Origin: an uncultured Clostridia bacterium
GTDB taxonomy: Bacteria > Bacillota > Clostridia > TANB77 > CAG-508
Length of the DNA: 64,000 nucleotides
Direction of reading: 5' to 3'
Assembly: GCA_934141475.1 (NCBI GenBank)
Contig: CAKPCG010000002.1
Location: 29,165 to 93,164, forward strand
Of the stretch, positions 1 through 11,500 are shown in pieces; within the stretch, counting starts at the first letter, position 1; each line of letters starts with the position of its first letter. The notes beneath the pieces were generated by a model. That model ran no database searches, had not been told where the DNA came from, and worked only from the letters and a program-made list of their open reading frames with translations. Both the position numbers and the translations under genes were made by a program.

Positions 1-1
1 T

Positions 2-928
2 CTTATAGTAGAAGTAAGAAATAAGAAAAAAATAAATGATAAAGTTTTTGTAACAGAAAAAGAGTTACTAAAAAAATATGGTGTAACTAAAAAAGAAGTA
101 ATAGAAGAACTAGAAAGAAAAAGAGGACAAGAATTAATTCAGGAAAGTCTATATTATATTGTAAACAGAGAAAATCTAACTGTAAATGAAACTGAAAATG
201 AAAAAGAAATTGGTGAAAATCGACAAATACAAGAAATAAAAGAAAAACAAGATAATCAGTCAATGCAAGAGGCAAAAGAAAATAAAGATAATCAAGAATT
301 AGTAAATGAATTATTATCTAAAATAGATCAAGATGTAACAGAAGAAGGAGTTGTAATCCAACTAGGTGAATATTTTTACAGTTATTCAAAAGTAAAAAAA
401 CATTTATCAGAAATAGTTGAAGCAATTGATACAAAAGACTTACCAGAAAGGCAAAAAAACGAAATATTAAAAATAGCATTATTAAAAGATAAAAATATAA
501 GTAAAGCTGAAGTAGATTTTATAACAGAAGAAATAGCTCAACTAGAAAAAAGAAAATTAGAAAAAAAGAACCAAGAAAGATATGAAAATATAAAAGAAAC
601 AACTGAAGAAATTATTGCAGAACAAGAAAATATAAAAGATGTAAAATCTATAATAAAATATTTAAAAGAAAGAAAAAAAGAAATAAAACAAAGTATAAAA
701 GAAATAGAAGCAGAATTAAACGATCTAATTCAAAAAAATAATGATACTAATATGGAAGTTTTAGAAAAAATTGAAAAATTACAAAAAACTTTACAAGAAC
801 AAATTAAATTAAAAGAAGAAATACAAGAACTTAAAGGAAATTATAAGAATAATAAAGCAGAAATGAAAAAAACATTACAAGAAAATAAAGCCAAAAGAAG
901 TGAACAAATAGATGGTATAGAACATTAA
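2..928 (+). CDS. hypothetical Lys/Glu-rich coiled-coil protein, 5' partial (frame stays open to the window start)
   Basis: Track ORF 263..928. The same frame has no stop back to nt 2. EK-rich heptad-like composition with no catalytic motifs. Confidence 0.35.
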   Translation, partial: LIVEVRNKKKINDKVFVTEKELLKKYGVTKKEVIEELERKRGQELIQESLYYIVNRENLTVNETENEKEIGENRQIQEIKEKQDNQSMQEAKENKDNQELVNELLSKIDQDVTEEGVVIQLGEYFYSYSKVKKHLSEIVEAIDTKDLPERQKNEILKIALLKDKNISKAEVDFITEEIAQLEKRKLEKKNQERYENIKETTEEIIAEQENIKDVKSIIKYLKERKKEIKQSIKEIEAELNDLIQKNNDTNMEVLEKIEKLQKTLQEQIKLKEEIQELKGNYKNNKAEMKKTLQENKAKRSEQIDGIEH

Positions 929-948
929 ATTTAGAAAGGTTTTAATAA

Positions 949-3696
949 ATGAAAGATGTAGAATTATTTCCTCATAATGAAAAAGCATATCAAAAACTAT
1001 TAAACTCACTAAAAACAAATAGATTTACAACAATAAATCATGCTACAGGTACAGGTAAATCTTTTATTGCTTTAAAATTTATATATGAATTTAGGCAAAA
1101 AAAGGGACTTTATATTTCGCCAACATACCCGATAATAGACCAATTAATGGATAGTTCATATAGTATTGGACTTACTCCAGAAGATCTAAATATAGATACA
1201 GTTATATATGGAAATCTTCAAGGGGTGGATATGAAAAAACTTTATGAAAAATACGATTATTTTATATTAGATGAATATCATAGAGCAGGAGCGAAGCTAG
1301 TCTATAAAAAATTAAAAGAGCTAAGATATTTTGTCAAATACGGAAATAAAGATAAAAAAGTTATTGGATTAACAGCTACAAGAAAAAGGTATTTAGATAA
1401 AGAAAGAGATATGACAGAAGAACTATTTGATGGAAATGTAGCATCAGAACTATCACTTTCAGAAGCCATGCTTGAAAATTTGCTTCCAACACCATTTTAT
1501 TATAATTCTAAAATTGCATGTAGAGAAGAATTAGAAAAAGCACAAAAAAGAATCGATAAAATGTCAGATGGAAAGTTTAAATCACAAAAACAAAAAGAAC
1601 TAGACAAAGTTGGAGAAGAGATAAATAACGGCGCAGAAGATTATAGAAATATGATAAATAAATATATACAAAAAAAAGATGGTAAATACATAGTTTTCTG
1701 TGATAGCATAAGTGAGTTATACAAATACAGTGATCAGATTGACAGTTGGTTTAAAGATAAAGGAAAAGTAAAAAAATACATAGTTCATTCGAGAATTAAA
1801 GAAATGACATTAAAAGGAAATGAAGGAAAAAGTGGAAAGCAGATAAATAAAGAAACTCTGAAAAAATTCAATGAAGAGAAAGAAGGAATTTCAATTCTTT
1901 TATGTGTTGACGCATTAAATGAAGGAGTACATGTAAAAGGAATAGATGGAGTATTTTTATTTAGAAAAACATTATCTCCAATAATATATTTTCAACAAAT
2001 AGGAAGATGTTTATCATTTTCTGGAAGAAATAAACAAATTCAAATATTTGACATGGTAAATAACTTTAAAAATCACTCTGCAATAGAACTAATATACCAA
2101 GAATTACATGAAGAATATGAAAGAAAAATTAAAGAAAATCCAGAAAATGCAGAAAAATACAAAGAAGTATTAGCTAGATTTAAAATAATGGACGAAACAA
2201 AAGAAATATTAGAAAAAATAAGTAAAATAGAAAGAAGCATAACAAAAGAAAAAATAATTGAGAGTAGAATTGACGATGCAATCAAAACTCTGCAAAATAT
2301 TCCTAAAAATAGAGATTTTCAAAAAGAGCTATTTTCAAATACAGATATAAAAGCAGCTTATAAAAAAATAGATTTATATGCTAGTTATGTAAATAATGAA
2401 CAATTTGAAAAACTATATAGTTTGAATATAATTTTACCACAAGAATTGTCTATGTCAATTGAACAAAGAAAACAATATCTTGGCGAATTTGAAACTATAA
2501 ATGAAAAAACAGTTGCTGAAAATAACAGATATATGGAAAGAATTATAAATTTTGTAAAAGAAAATAAAAGAGTTCCAAAAATATCTACAGAAAGTCAAGA
2601 AGAAACATTATTAGCTAAAAATTATTTAAGAAAAATATTTGATGCTGATAGTGAAAATATTGAAAAATTAAGAAATTTATATATACAAAATAAGGTGAAA
2701 ATAACACCAATAGAAAAAATTGCACTTGGAATAAAAATAAGCCAAAATGATGTTGATGCAATAAATAATTTGGCAAAAAAATATATTGCAAATGGTAAAG
2801 AACTTCCTATATATTTAAAAACTTCAATAGAAAGAATGACAAGAAGATATGACTTAAAAGAAGGCAATGAGCTTTTAGATTTAGTTATTAAATCAGAAAA
2901 AATAAGAAGCGAAAACTATGAAAAACAACAAAAACTAAGGTTTGAAACCGTAGGCAAAGTAGAAGAAATATTACAAGAGCATATAAATAGTAGTTGGGAT
3001 GAATTAGTAAATTTAGGAATTATAGAAATAGTAAATAAATTTAAACCAGCAGATGTAACATATATTAAACGAAAATATGAAATTATGAAACAAAAAAATA
3101 TTGAAAAAAAATTAAATATATTAAGCTTAGATAGTATAGTAGAATTTTGTAAAAAACTTAAAAATATGACAGATGAACAAATAGACATATACTATGATTT
3201 GATTTCTAAATCTAATAACATAAATAATATTACAATTGAACTTTTAAGATTTATAGAGCAAAATGATAAAAAGTTTCCTAAAAAAGAAAGCAATATAAAA
3301 GAAGAACGAGATTTAGCAAATAGATATTTGAAAAGTCCATATAAAGAAGAAATAGAAAAAAGAATTAAGCTAGTAATAAAAGATGATAATAAACTATGCA
3401 ATATAAAAAGAATAATGTATAAAATATCTTTAAATGAAATTGAGAAAAATAACACAAAAACAGTAATTTTAAAATGTTTTAAATTTTTAAAAGAGAATGG
3501 AAGAAAGCCATTAATAAACAGTTTGGATGAAGAAGAAGCAAATTTAGCAAAACAGTATCAATATTATTGTATAAAAAATATAGATAGTGAATCTATGAGA
3601 TTAATAGACAAAATATTTAACAGTAAAGATAGCTTTAAAAATGCCAGTAAAGAATTTTTTAAAAATCTAAAAAAGGCAGAAGGAATGGAGCCTTAA
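949..3696 (+). CDS. SF2 helicase-like protein with C-terminal helicase-associated (HA) domain repeats
   Basis: Walker A HATGTGKSF, DExH box ILDEYHRAG and motif VI-like FQQIGRCLS. The C-terminal half consists of repeated ~70-aa units. RBS-spaced ATG. Confidence 0.55.
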   Translation: MKDVELFPHNEKAYQKLLNSLKTNRFTTINHATGTGKSFIALKFIYEFRQKKGLYISPTYPIIDQLMDSSYSIGLTPEDLNIDTVIYGNLQGVDMKKLYEKYDYFILDEYHRAGAKLVYKKLKELRYFVKYGNKDKKVIGLTATRKRYLDKERDMTEELFDGNVASELSLSEAMLENLLPTPFYYNSKIACREELEKAQKRIDKMSDGKFKSQKQKELDKVGEEINNGAEDYRNMINKYIQKKDGKYIVFCDSISELYKYSDQIDSWFKDKGKVKKYIVHSRIKEMTLKGNEGKSGKQINKETLKKFNEEKEGISILLCVDALNEGVHVKGIDGVFLFRKTLSPIIYFQQIGRCLSFSGRNKQIQIFDMVNNFKNHSAIELIYQELHEEYERKIKENPENAEKYKEVLARFKIMDETKEILEKISKIERSITKEKIIESRIDDAIKTLQNIPKNRDFQKELFSNTDIKAAYKKIDLYASYVNNEQFEKLYSLNIILPQELSMSIEQRKQYLGEFETINEKTVAENNRYMERIINFVKENKRVPKISTESQEETLLAKNYLRKIFDADSENIEKLRNLYIQNKVKITPIEKIALGIKISQNDVDAINNLAKKYIANGKELPIYLKTSIERMTRRYDLKEGNELLDLVIKSEKIRSENYEKQQKLRFETVGKVEEILQEHINSSWDELVNLGIIEIVNKFKPADVTYIKRKYEIMKQKNIEKKLNILSLDSIVEFCKKLKNMTDEQIDIYYDLISKSNNINNITIELLRFIEQNDKKFPKKESNIKEERDLANRYLKSPYKEEIEKRIKLVIKDDNKLCNIKRIMYKISLNEIEKNNTKTVILKCFKFLKENGRKPLINSLDEEEANLAKQYQYYCIKNIDSESMRLIDKIFNSKDSFKNASKEFFKNLKKAEGMEP

Positions 3697-3713
3697 AAAA
3701 GAAAGGAGAAAAG

Positions 3714-5733
3714 ATGGGTACTAAAGTTAGAGATTATGAATTTGATGGAAATGATATAGACTATTATGAGCAAAATAATCAAGCTCCAACAGAAGAAACC
3801 AAAGCAAAACTAAATAAAAAAGCAGACAAACAAATAAATAATGGAAAAATAAAGTTAAGTTCAATATTAAACATTACAGAAAATGATGCAGAAAGAGCGT
3901 ATTTATTTGATTATCTAAATAAAAAAGGAATAGAAATAAGAGGACAAAATGTTACTCTAATGGGAGAACTTGAAAATTATAAGTATTTACCCAAAATGGA
4001 AGAAATCCCTTTACCAAAACCTTTAAAACCAGAAGAGCAAAAAAGACTATTTGTAGAATTAGATAAATTAAAAAAGCAAGGATTAGATGATACATCACCA
4101 GAATATAGAGAAATAAAAAATAAAATAGCAGAACATAATATAAGACTTGCTTTATGGGTTGCAAGTGAAGTTAGAACTTATGATTACAATATAGAACAAG
4201 AAGATTTAGCTCAGATGACAGTTATGAGTATGCTAAAAGCAATAGACCAATATGATGTTAATTTCGGTGTAACATTTGCAAGCTATGCAGTAGAAATCAT
4301 GAAACATAGTGCTTCTAGGAGTTGGAGAACTCTTGATAAAAACAACCAATTATATCAACAAGAAAGATTTAGAAAATTTAAGAGAGCTAAAAGAGATTAT
4401 GAGCAGGAATTTGGCAGAGAAGTTTCACTTTTAGAATTTTTAGAAATGGAAAATATTGAAATTGGCGGAAAAAAAATAAACATTGCAAGAGATTTATTAG
4501 ATTTAGGAGATAAATCAAGAGAAACTTTTAAGAAATATGTTAAATATCATTTAAGAGAGAGTTTAGATGGATTAAATGAAAATGAAAAATTAGAATTTGA
4601 AGAAAAACTAAAAAACACAAATACAAGTGAAAATATAGGAAGAATTGAATATTTAGACGGAATTCCGGTAGCTGATGGTGTATATTTAGACGATGAAAGT
4701 GATTTAGATATAGAAGATGAAAAAAGAACTGACGATGCGGCTATGAATACAGTTATAAGAACAGAAATGGAAGATCTAGTTGAGAAAATGATGGAAACTG
4801 CAAATCCAAATGAAAGAGAAAAAATATTTTTAGAAAAAAGATTTGGTGGTATAGATAATAAAAGAATTAGTGAAATTCGGAGAAGAAATGGGTATAAAGC
4901 AATCAACTATTAGAGGTGTATGGCAACTAATTCAATCTAAAATGTGGAAAAATAATGAAATGAAATATGGTTACTTTAAAAATCCGTACCATATTTTGCA
5001 TCATGAATATGCAAATGAAACTACACGTGAATATGAGGGGATTTTTGATGAACCAGAAGACAAACTAGAAATAACAGATGGAATAAGAATTGAAAATGCA
5101 AGCGATGTAGAAAAAGAGACTGAAAGAAATAGGGCTATAAGGCCTAAAGCTGCACCACAAAATAATAGAAAAGAAGGTACAAAAAAAGAACAAGAAATTA
5201 TTCCAGATGAAAAAACAGATGAAGTAGATGGCATAGAAACGCTAAAAGAAAATGTAAAAGATTTAAAAGCAACAAAAACACCAGAATTTTCAGAAGATGA
5301 AAGCATGGACATGATGGAAGAATTACTTGATAAGCTAGATGAAGAAAACCAAGAATCAATATATGGAGATATTTTAGAAAAAATCGAGGAAAAAGAAGCA
5401 TTTCAAGAAACAAGCGAGGAGGAGATTCAAGAAGCAAGTGAAGAAGAAAAGATTCAAGAAGTAAATGGAGAACAAGAAATTCAAGAAGAAGTTCAAGATG
5501 ATAAAAAAAGCCAAAAATCAATACAAATCGAAAAATGTGAAAAAGCAAAAAAATCACAAAAAAGCAAACAAATAAATATCGAAAAAATAATGCAAGCATT
5601 AGCAGAAATAAAAGAATTAGATACCTTAATAAAAGAGTCATTTGAAGAAATAAAAGACGAAAAGGAAAAAGAAAGAAAAAATACAGATCTACAAGATAAG
5701 ATGAAAAAAGTTAAAGAAGTAATAAAAGAATAG
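3714..5733 (+). CDS. sigma-70 family protein with a long acidic C-terminal extension. A contiguous product needs a +1 event at the in-frame CGG at 4878.
   Basis: Region 2-like LALWVASEVRTYDYNIEQEDLAQMTVMSMLKAIDQYD. The 0 frame ends ISEIRRRNGYKAINY*. The +1 frame continues ISEI-G-EEMGIKQSTIRGVWQLIQSKMW (region 4.2 HTH) into a D/E/K-rich tail ending at 5733. Confidence 0.5.
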
Positions 5734-5753
5734 GGATTATAAGAGGAGATTTT

Positions 5754-6224
5754 ATGAAAATACTTGAAAAGATAAAAAGTTTTTTTAGAAAAATATTTTT
5801 AGACAAAAAAGTAAAGAAAATAGAAGAAAAAACTAAAAATACAGAAAAAACTGTAAATAATAAAGAAGAATTTTTTAAACTTTATAATAATGTTAAAAAT
5901 GGAACCTGTAATTTAAACAAATTAACAGAGGAAGAACAAGAAGATATAATAAAAATGCTAGATCAAGAAATAAAACTCAAAAAAAATAAACTTAATCAAA
6001 ATATTACAGAATTGAATATGTTAAAATATAAAAATAGATCATATGAAAAAAATAGAATTTTAAAATTATATGATGATGTGAAAAATAGTAAAATAAGTCC
6101 ATCTAAATTAGATAATGATGATTTAAAGAAAATTGTTAAATTATATGTAGAACAAGCAAAAATTCAGGATGAGCAACTAGAAAAAGAAATAGTTGATTTA
6201 GAAAAAAAGATTTATGTAAGCTAA
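5754..6224 (+). CDS. hypothetical coiled-coil protein
   Basis: ORF with upstream GAGGAG RBS. No recognisable domain. Confidence 0.35.
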   Translation: MKILEKIKSFFRKIFLDKKVKKIEEKTKNTEKTVNNKEEFFKLYNNVKNGTCNLNKLTEEEQEDIIKMLDQEIKLKKNKLNQNITELNMLKYKNRSYEKNRILKLYDDVKNSKISPSKLDNDDLKKIVKLYVEQAKIQDEQLEKEIVDLEKKIYVS

Positions 6225-6285
6225 AAACTTGAAGAAATATAAAAAAAATGGTATCATAAATGTGAAATTTCTAAAAAAGGAGTAA

Positions 6286-7077
6286 ATGATGCAACAAATA
6301 ACAAGTAAAGAAAACCAACTAATAAAGCATATTATAAAACTAAAAGATAAAAAATACAGAAAAGAATATAATCAATTTATAATTGAAGGTGTAAAAATTG
6401 TAAAAGAAGCTATAAATGAAAATGCAAAAATCGAAAATATTATAGTAAGTAAAAATGCTTTAGATAGTGAATTGGTAAAAAAATACTTGGAAGAAGATTT
6501 AAAAAATATAGATTATATAGAAGTTCCAGAAAATATATTTAAGCTAATATCAGATGTTGAAAAACCACAAGGAGTACTTGCTATTGTAAATAAAGAAAAT
6601 AAAAAGCAAAATGTAGACTATTCAAATTCTATAATGTTAGCACTAGATGATATTCAAGATCCAGGAAATTTAGGAACAATAATAAGAACAGCAGATAGTA
6701 TAGCGTTAAGCCAAATTCTTATATCAAAAGGAACAGTAGATCCTTATAGTTTAAAAGTAATAAGATCAACTATGGGAGCAATATTTAGAATAAACATTTT
6801 AGAATGTGAAAATCTTTCAAAAACATTAGAAGAAATTAAAAAGAAAGGCTATGACGTAGTAGTTACAGATTTAGATGCAAAAAAATCTATTTACGATATA
6901 AATTTAGAAAAAAAGGTAGTAGTAATAGGAAACGAAGCAAATGGAGTTTCAAAAAATGTAAAAAATATAGCTAATATAAAAACTATTATACCAATGCTTG
7001 GAAAAACAGAAAGTCTAAATGCTTCTGTTGCAACAGGAGTAATATTATATGAATATGTAAGGCAAAAAATAAAGTGA
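6286..7077 (+). CDS. TrmH/SpoU family RNA 2'-O-methyltransferase (RlmB-like)
   Basis: Motifs LDDIQDPGNLGTIIRTADS and VIRSTMGAIFRINI. AGGAG RBS. Confidence 0.8.
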   Translation: MMQQITSKENQLIKHIIKLKDKKYRKEYNQFIIEGVKIVKEAINENAKIENIIVSKNALDSELVKKYLEEDLKNIDYIEVPENIFKLISDVEKPQGVLAIVNKENKKQNVDYSNSIMLALDDIQDPGNLGTIIRTADSIALSQILISKGTVDPYSLKVIRSTMGAIFRINILECENLSKTLEEIKKKGYDVVVTDLDAKKSIYDINLEKKVVVIGNEANGVSKNVKNIANIKTIIPMLGKTESLNASVATGVILYEYVRQKIK

Positions 7078-7102
7078 ATTTCACAAAAGAAGGGGAGATA
7101 CC

Positions 7103-7600
7103 ATGGAAAAAGATAATAAAAAAGCTTATTCAGAAGTTATAGAAATATTAAAAATGATAGATGACGAAAAAAAATTAGAAGCACTTCCGATAGAAATGTT
7201 GGAAGTTCTTAAAAGTAAAAGAGATGTAGAATATAAACCACAAATATCTAAAGAAATACCACTTGAAGAACAAAATTTGCAACCTGAAACACTTCCAATT
7301 TTATCTTGGATTACAATGAAATATTGGAAAGAAGATATAGAAAAAGAAGAAAATACAAAAAATATAGAAAATGCTGAATATATAAAAGAAAATGAAGCAA
7401 AAATTATAGAAAATCCAGAGCAAAAACAAGAAAAAGAAGTATTAGAACAAGAAAACAGTGCAAGTAATACTGAGGAAAATATAAATAATTTACCTATAGT
7501 ACATAAAGAATTAAAATGGTATCAAAAAATCAAAGAAAAAATTCTAGAATTTATAAACAAAATTTTTAATAAAAAAACTAAGGAAGGAAAAACTCTATGA
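7103..7600 (+). CDS. hypothetical protein
   Basis: ORF with GGGGAG RBS. Its stop overlaps the next start (ATGA). Confidence 0.35.
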   Translation: MEKDNKKAYSEVIEILKMIDDEKKLEALPIEMLEVLKSKRDVEYKPQISKEIPLEEQNLQPETLPILSWITMKYWKEDIEKEENTKNIENAEYIKENEAKIIENPEQKQEKEVLEQENSASNTEENINNLPIVHKELKWYQKIKEKILEFINKIFNKKTKEGKTL

Positions 7601-8445
7601 GACCAGTTATTGAAAAGAGAAAGTTTGAGTTAAGACATATAGTTTATATATTCATAATAATTATATCATTAATTGCTGTGGGAGTCGCAGTATATATGCA
7701 GTTTTTCAAAGATGAGGAACTAGGATTGATTTTTGGAATAACCAAAGAAGATGATGCTGATTACAAAAAATTAAAAGAAAACTTTTTAAATATCTTTGAT
7801 AATACATTAAATGTAAATGAAGCATATAGTGGTACGATAAAAAAGATAAAAGAAGATAGTGATATTATAGTTGTTGCATTTAATACTCAAGAACAAAAAG
7901 ATAATTATACTGTTGATATAAAAATACCTTATTTTAATATAGATTCAGAATTTGCAAGACAACAAAACAAACAAATAAAAGAAATATTCAAAGACAAATC
8001 AGAAAATGTATTATCATCTAATAGTAAAACAAATATAATCTATAATGTAAAATATAAAGCATATGAGCAAAATGATATTTTATCTCTAGTTATATTATCA
8101 GAACTTAAAGAAGGAGATAGTAGTGAAAGAATTATAATTCAAACATATAATTATAATTTAAAAACTAATAAAGAAGTTACAATAGATGATATTATAAAAC
8201 AAAAAAATATTGATGAAAATACAGCAAATAGTAAAATAAAAGATGAAATAAATCAAGCTCAAGAACAAAATATAAAACTTAATGAATTAGGATATAATGT
8301 TAATATAAGAGATGCAAATTCGGATACTTATAAAATAAAAAATGCAAAAGAATTTTTTATTGGACAAGACGGATATGTATATATTATTTACCCATATGGA
8401 AATGACGAATTTACAAGTGAAATGGATATAGTAATATTTAGATAA
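7597..8445 (+). CDS. membrane-anchored DUF3298/DUF4163-like (RsiV/PdaC-type) protein
   Basis: N-terminal TM helix. C-terminal DGYVYIIYPYGNDEFTSEMDIVIF resembles the DUF3298 terminus. Confidence 0.45.
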   Translation: MRPVIEKRKFELRHIVYIFIIIISLIAVGVAVYMQFFKDEELGLIFGITKEDDADYKKLKENFLNIFDNTLNVNEAYSGTIKKIKEDSDIIVVAFNTQEQKDNYTVDIKIPYFNIDSEFARQQNKQIKEIFKDKSENVLSSNSKTNIIYNVKYKAYEQNDILSLVILSELKEGDSSERIIIQTYNYNLKTNKEVTIDDIIKQKNIDENTANSKIKDEINQAQEQNIKLNELGYNVNIRDANSDTYKIKNAKEFFIGQDGYVYIIYPYGNDEFTSEMDIVIFR

Positions 8446-8547
8446 AAGAAAAAATTAACAAATAAAGATAGATGAAAAATATTTACAAAAAAAATTAAGT
8501 AATATATAATAAAATCATGTAAAAATTATTAAGGGGGAACAATATAT

Positions 8548-11500
8548 ATGAAAACACAAAAGAAACTATTAATTAGTAGTTTAATACTAATTATTCTAAT
8601 TAGTATTGCAAATCCTATATTTGCAGTAAATAATACCAGATCATTTAAAATGGTTGATTATAGCGATGAATACAAAGAATGGCTAAATTTACCAGAAAAT
8701 GAAAAAGAAAAAGTTTTGCAACCTAAGCTATTTAATATATCATCTGACTATGACAAAAATAGTGTAGTAAAAAAAATAAGATCTTTGAAAGCAAGTGCTA
8801 CTACGGACAATAAATATTCTTTAAAAGATGTAATACCAGAAAACGTTGTAGTAAGAGATCAAAAAAATCAAAACGCATGTTGGGCATTTGCAGCAATAGC
8901 AGCATTAGAATCTAATATTGCAATGTTAAACTATAAAAGTGGAGTTACTCCAAAAGTATATGATTACTCAGAAAGACATATGGAATATGGAACAAGTAGG
9001 ATTTTTAAAGACAATAAAGAAAATGAAAAAGGATATAACAGAAATCCAGGAACAGGAGGCTCTTGGTATTTAGCAGATTCATATTTAACAAATGGGATAG
9101 GGGCAGTAGATGAAAAAGATATGCCATTTGAAGATAATAGTGACATAATAGATATATCGAGTATTCAGAAAAATGTTACAACACAAGTTTATGATATCAA
9201 AGAATTTTTAGCAACTGATAAGACAGAGCTTATAAAACAAATAAAAGAACATGTGCAAAACAATGGAGCTGTATTTACTGGTTTACATGGAGCAAGTATT
9301 GTAGGAGAAGACTGCTATAATAAAGATACAGGTGCAGTTTATTGTAATGATTCAAAAAAATATCCTGCAAATCATGCTGTTGCAATAATTGGTTGGGATG
9401 ACAATTATAGTACAACTAACTTTAATGAAAAATTAAGACCACAATCAAATGGAGCATGGATAGTAAAAAATTCTTGGGGTGAAAAATTAGATTATGACCT
9501 ACAAGAACTTAAAGAAAAAATTTTTAATGATAATAAAGAATATTTACAAAATAATGGTATAAACAGTGCACAAGCTATACCTGATTCCGTAATTGAAAAG
9601 ATAGGCTTTACAATAAAAGATGGAAGAGCAACAATGCCAGTTGGAGATAATGGAATAATGTATGTATCATACGAAGATTGTAATATTGGAGAAATGGTAT
9701 ATGGTATTGAAAAAGCTACAGATAAAGTAAATTATGATTATTTATATCAATATGATGAAGTTTATCCAAGCAAACTATTAAATGTAGCAGGAACACAAAA
9801 ATTATTGCTTTCATCTACATATTCAAAACAATCAGATAAAAAAGAATATTTAACACAAGTAAGCTTACATTGCCCAGAAACATATATATGCAAAGTATAT
9901 GTAAATCCCAATGGTACAAGTAAGGATTCAAAAGATTTAACACAAGTAAGTTTAAAAAATGGTGAAGAAGTTACAGTTGGAGCTGGTTACCATACATTAG
10001 AATTTTCAAAACCTATTGAAATAAATTCAAGTGACTTTACAGTAGTTGTTGAAGTTAAAGGAACTAAAAATGATGGAACAAATGTGTTTTTAGAATCAAA
10101 ATTAGCAGATGAAAATATATTTAGTAAGGTAAAAGTTGAAGCAAATAAATGCTTTGTAGGAGTAGGTACAGATTTAAGCAATATTACATGGTATGATACA
10201 TCAAAATTAAAAGATGGTAATAATAACTTAGATAATGGAGATTTAACAATAAAAGCTTTTACTGTATCAGATGTACAAGACGAATCTTTAAAATCAATAG
10301 AAATTACAACACCGCCTACAAAAACAACATATTTTGAAGGTGAAAACTTTGATAAAACAGGAATGATAGTAACAGCAAACTACAATAATGGAAAATCAGA
10401 AACAATAACAGATTATAACATTACAAATGGAACAGCATTAAAAGAAGGACAAACATCAGTTACAATATCATATCAAGACAAAACTGTAAGTCAACCAATA
10501 ACAGTAACAAAAAATTCAGTAACAAAACTAGAAATTACAACACCACCTACAAAAACAACATACAAAGCAGGAAACAGTTTTGACAAAACAGGAATGGTAG
10601 TAAAAGCAACATATTTAGACAATTCACAAAAAGAAATAACAGATTATGAAATAACAGATGGAGATGTACTAAAAAACGGACAAACAGCAGTTACAATATC
10701 ATATGAAGGTAAAACAGTTACACAATCAATTACAGTAGAAGATAACCAAGTAACAAAACTAGAAATTACAACACCACCTACAAAAGTAAAATATGTAGTA
10801 GGTCAAAATTTTGATAAAACAGGAATGGTAGTAAAGGCAAAATATGAAGATAACACAGAAGTAGAAGTTAAAGACTATACAATCGAAAATGGAACTAATT
10901 TAACTAAAGACCAAAAAACAGTTACAGTAAAATATGAATCAAAAACAGTTGATCAAGAAATAACAGTAGAAGAAAAACAAGTCGAATCAATAGAAATGAG
11001 TAAAAAGCCTAGCAAAACAAAATACATGCAAAATCAAGAAAAATTAGATTTAACAGGTGGAGCAATAAATGTAATATATAATGATGGATCCAAAGAAGAA
11101 GTCTTATTAACAGCTGAAGGAGTAGAAGTAACAGGATTTGACAATACAAAAGTTGGAACAAATACTTTAACAGTAACATATAAAAATAAAACAACAACAT
11201 TTGATGTAGAAATAGAAAAAGAACTATTACCTAAAAATTCAGATATGGGTAATGCAATATCTAAAATTTCAGCTTTAAAATTATATCTATTTACAGATAA
11301 AAGCGAAAAAGAATATATGACAATAGACACAAATGTAAGTGGAATAAAAAGATATTTAGATGAAAATGATAGTTATGAATACTATTATTATATGTCTACA
11401 AATAAAAATGAAAGCAAAATAACAGACTGGACCAAAATAAAAGAAGAACAAAAAGCAGAAGATAAAATAACATTTATTGCAAATACAAATGAAATGGCAA

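Noticed and set aside
4878-4880. CGG reassigned to a different amino acid (as reported for some low-GC lineages), with no frameshift
   Set aside because: At all seven sites the conserved protein continues in the +1 frame, not the 0 frame. The 0 frame hits a stop within a few codons and loses conserved motifs (sigma region 4.2, the ComM P-loop, MTase motif I).
2073-5641. Numerous 60-150 aa minus-strand ORFs in the track (for example 2073..2285, 2622..2867, 3192..3455, 5198..5641)
   Set aside because: They lie antisense inside well-supported genes. They are Phe/Leu/Ile/Ser-rich as expected from reading A-rich coding DNA backwards, and they lack RBSs.
10300-11220. Tandem DNA repeats as a CRISPR array or mobile-element repeats
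   Set aside because: The 231-bp period, in-frame position and protein-level conservation show they are Ig-like domain coding repeats of the peptidase. There are no short spacers, and no CRISPR-like arrays anywhere in the window.
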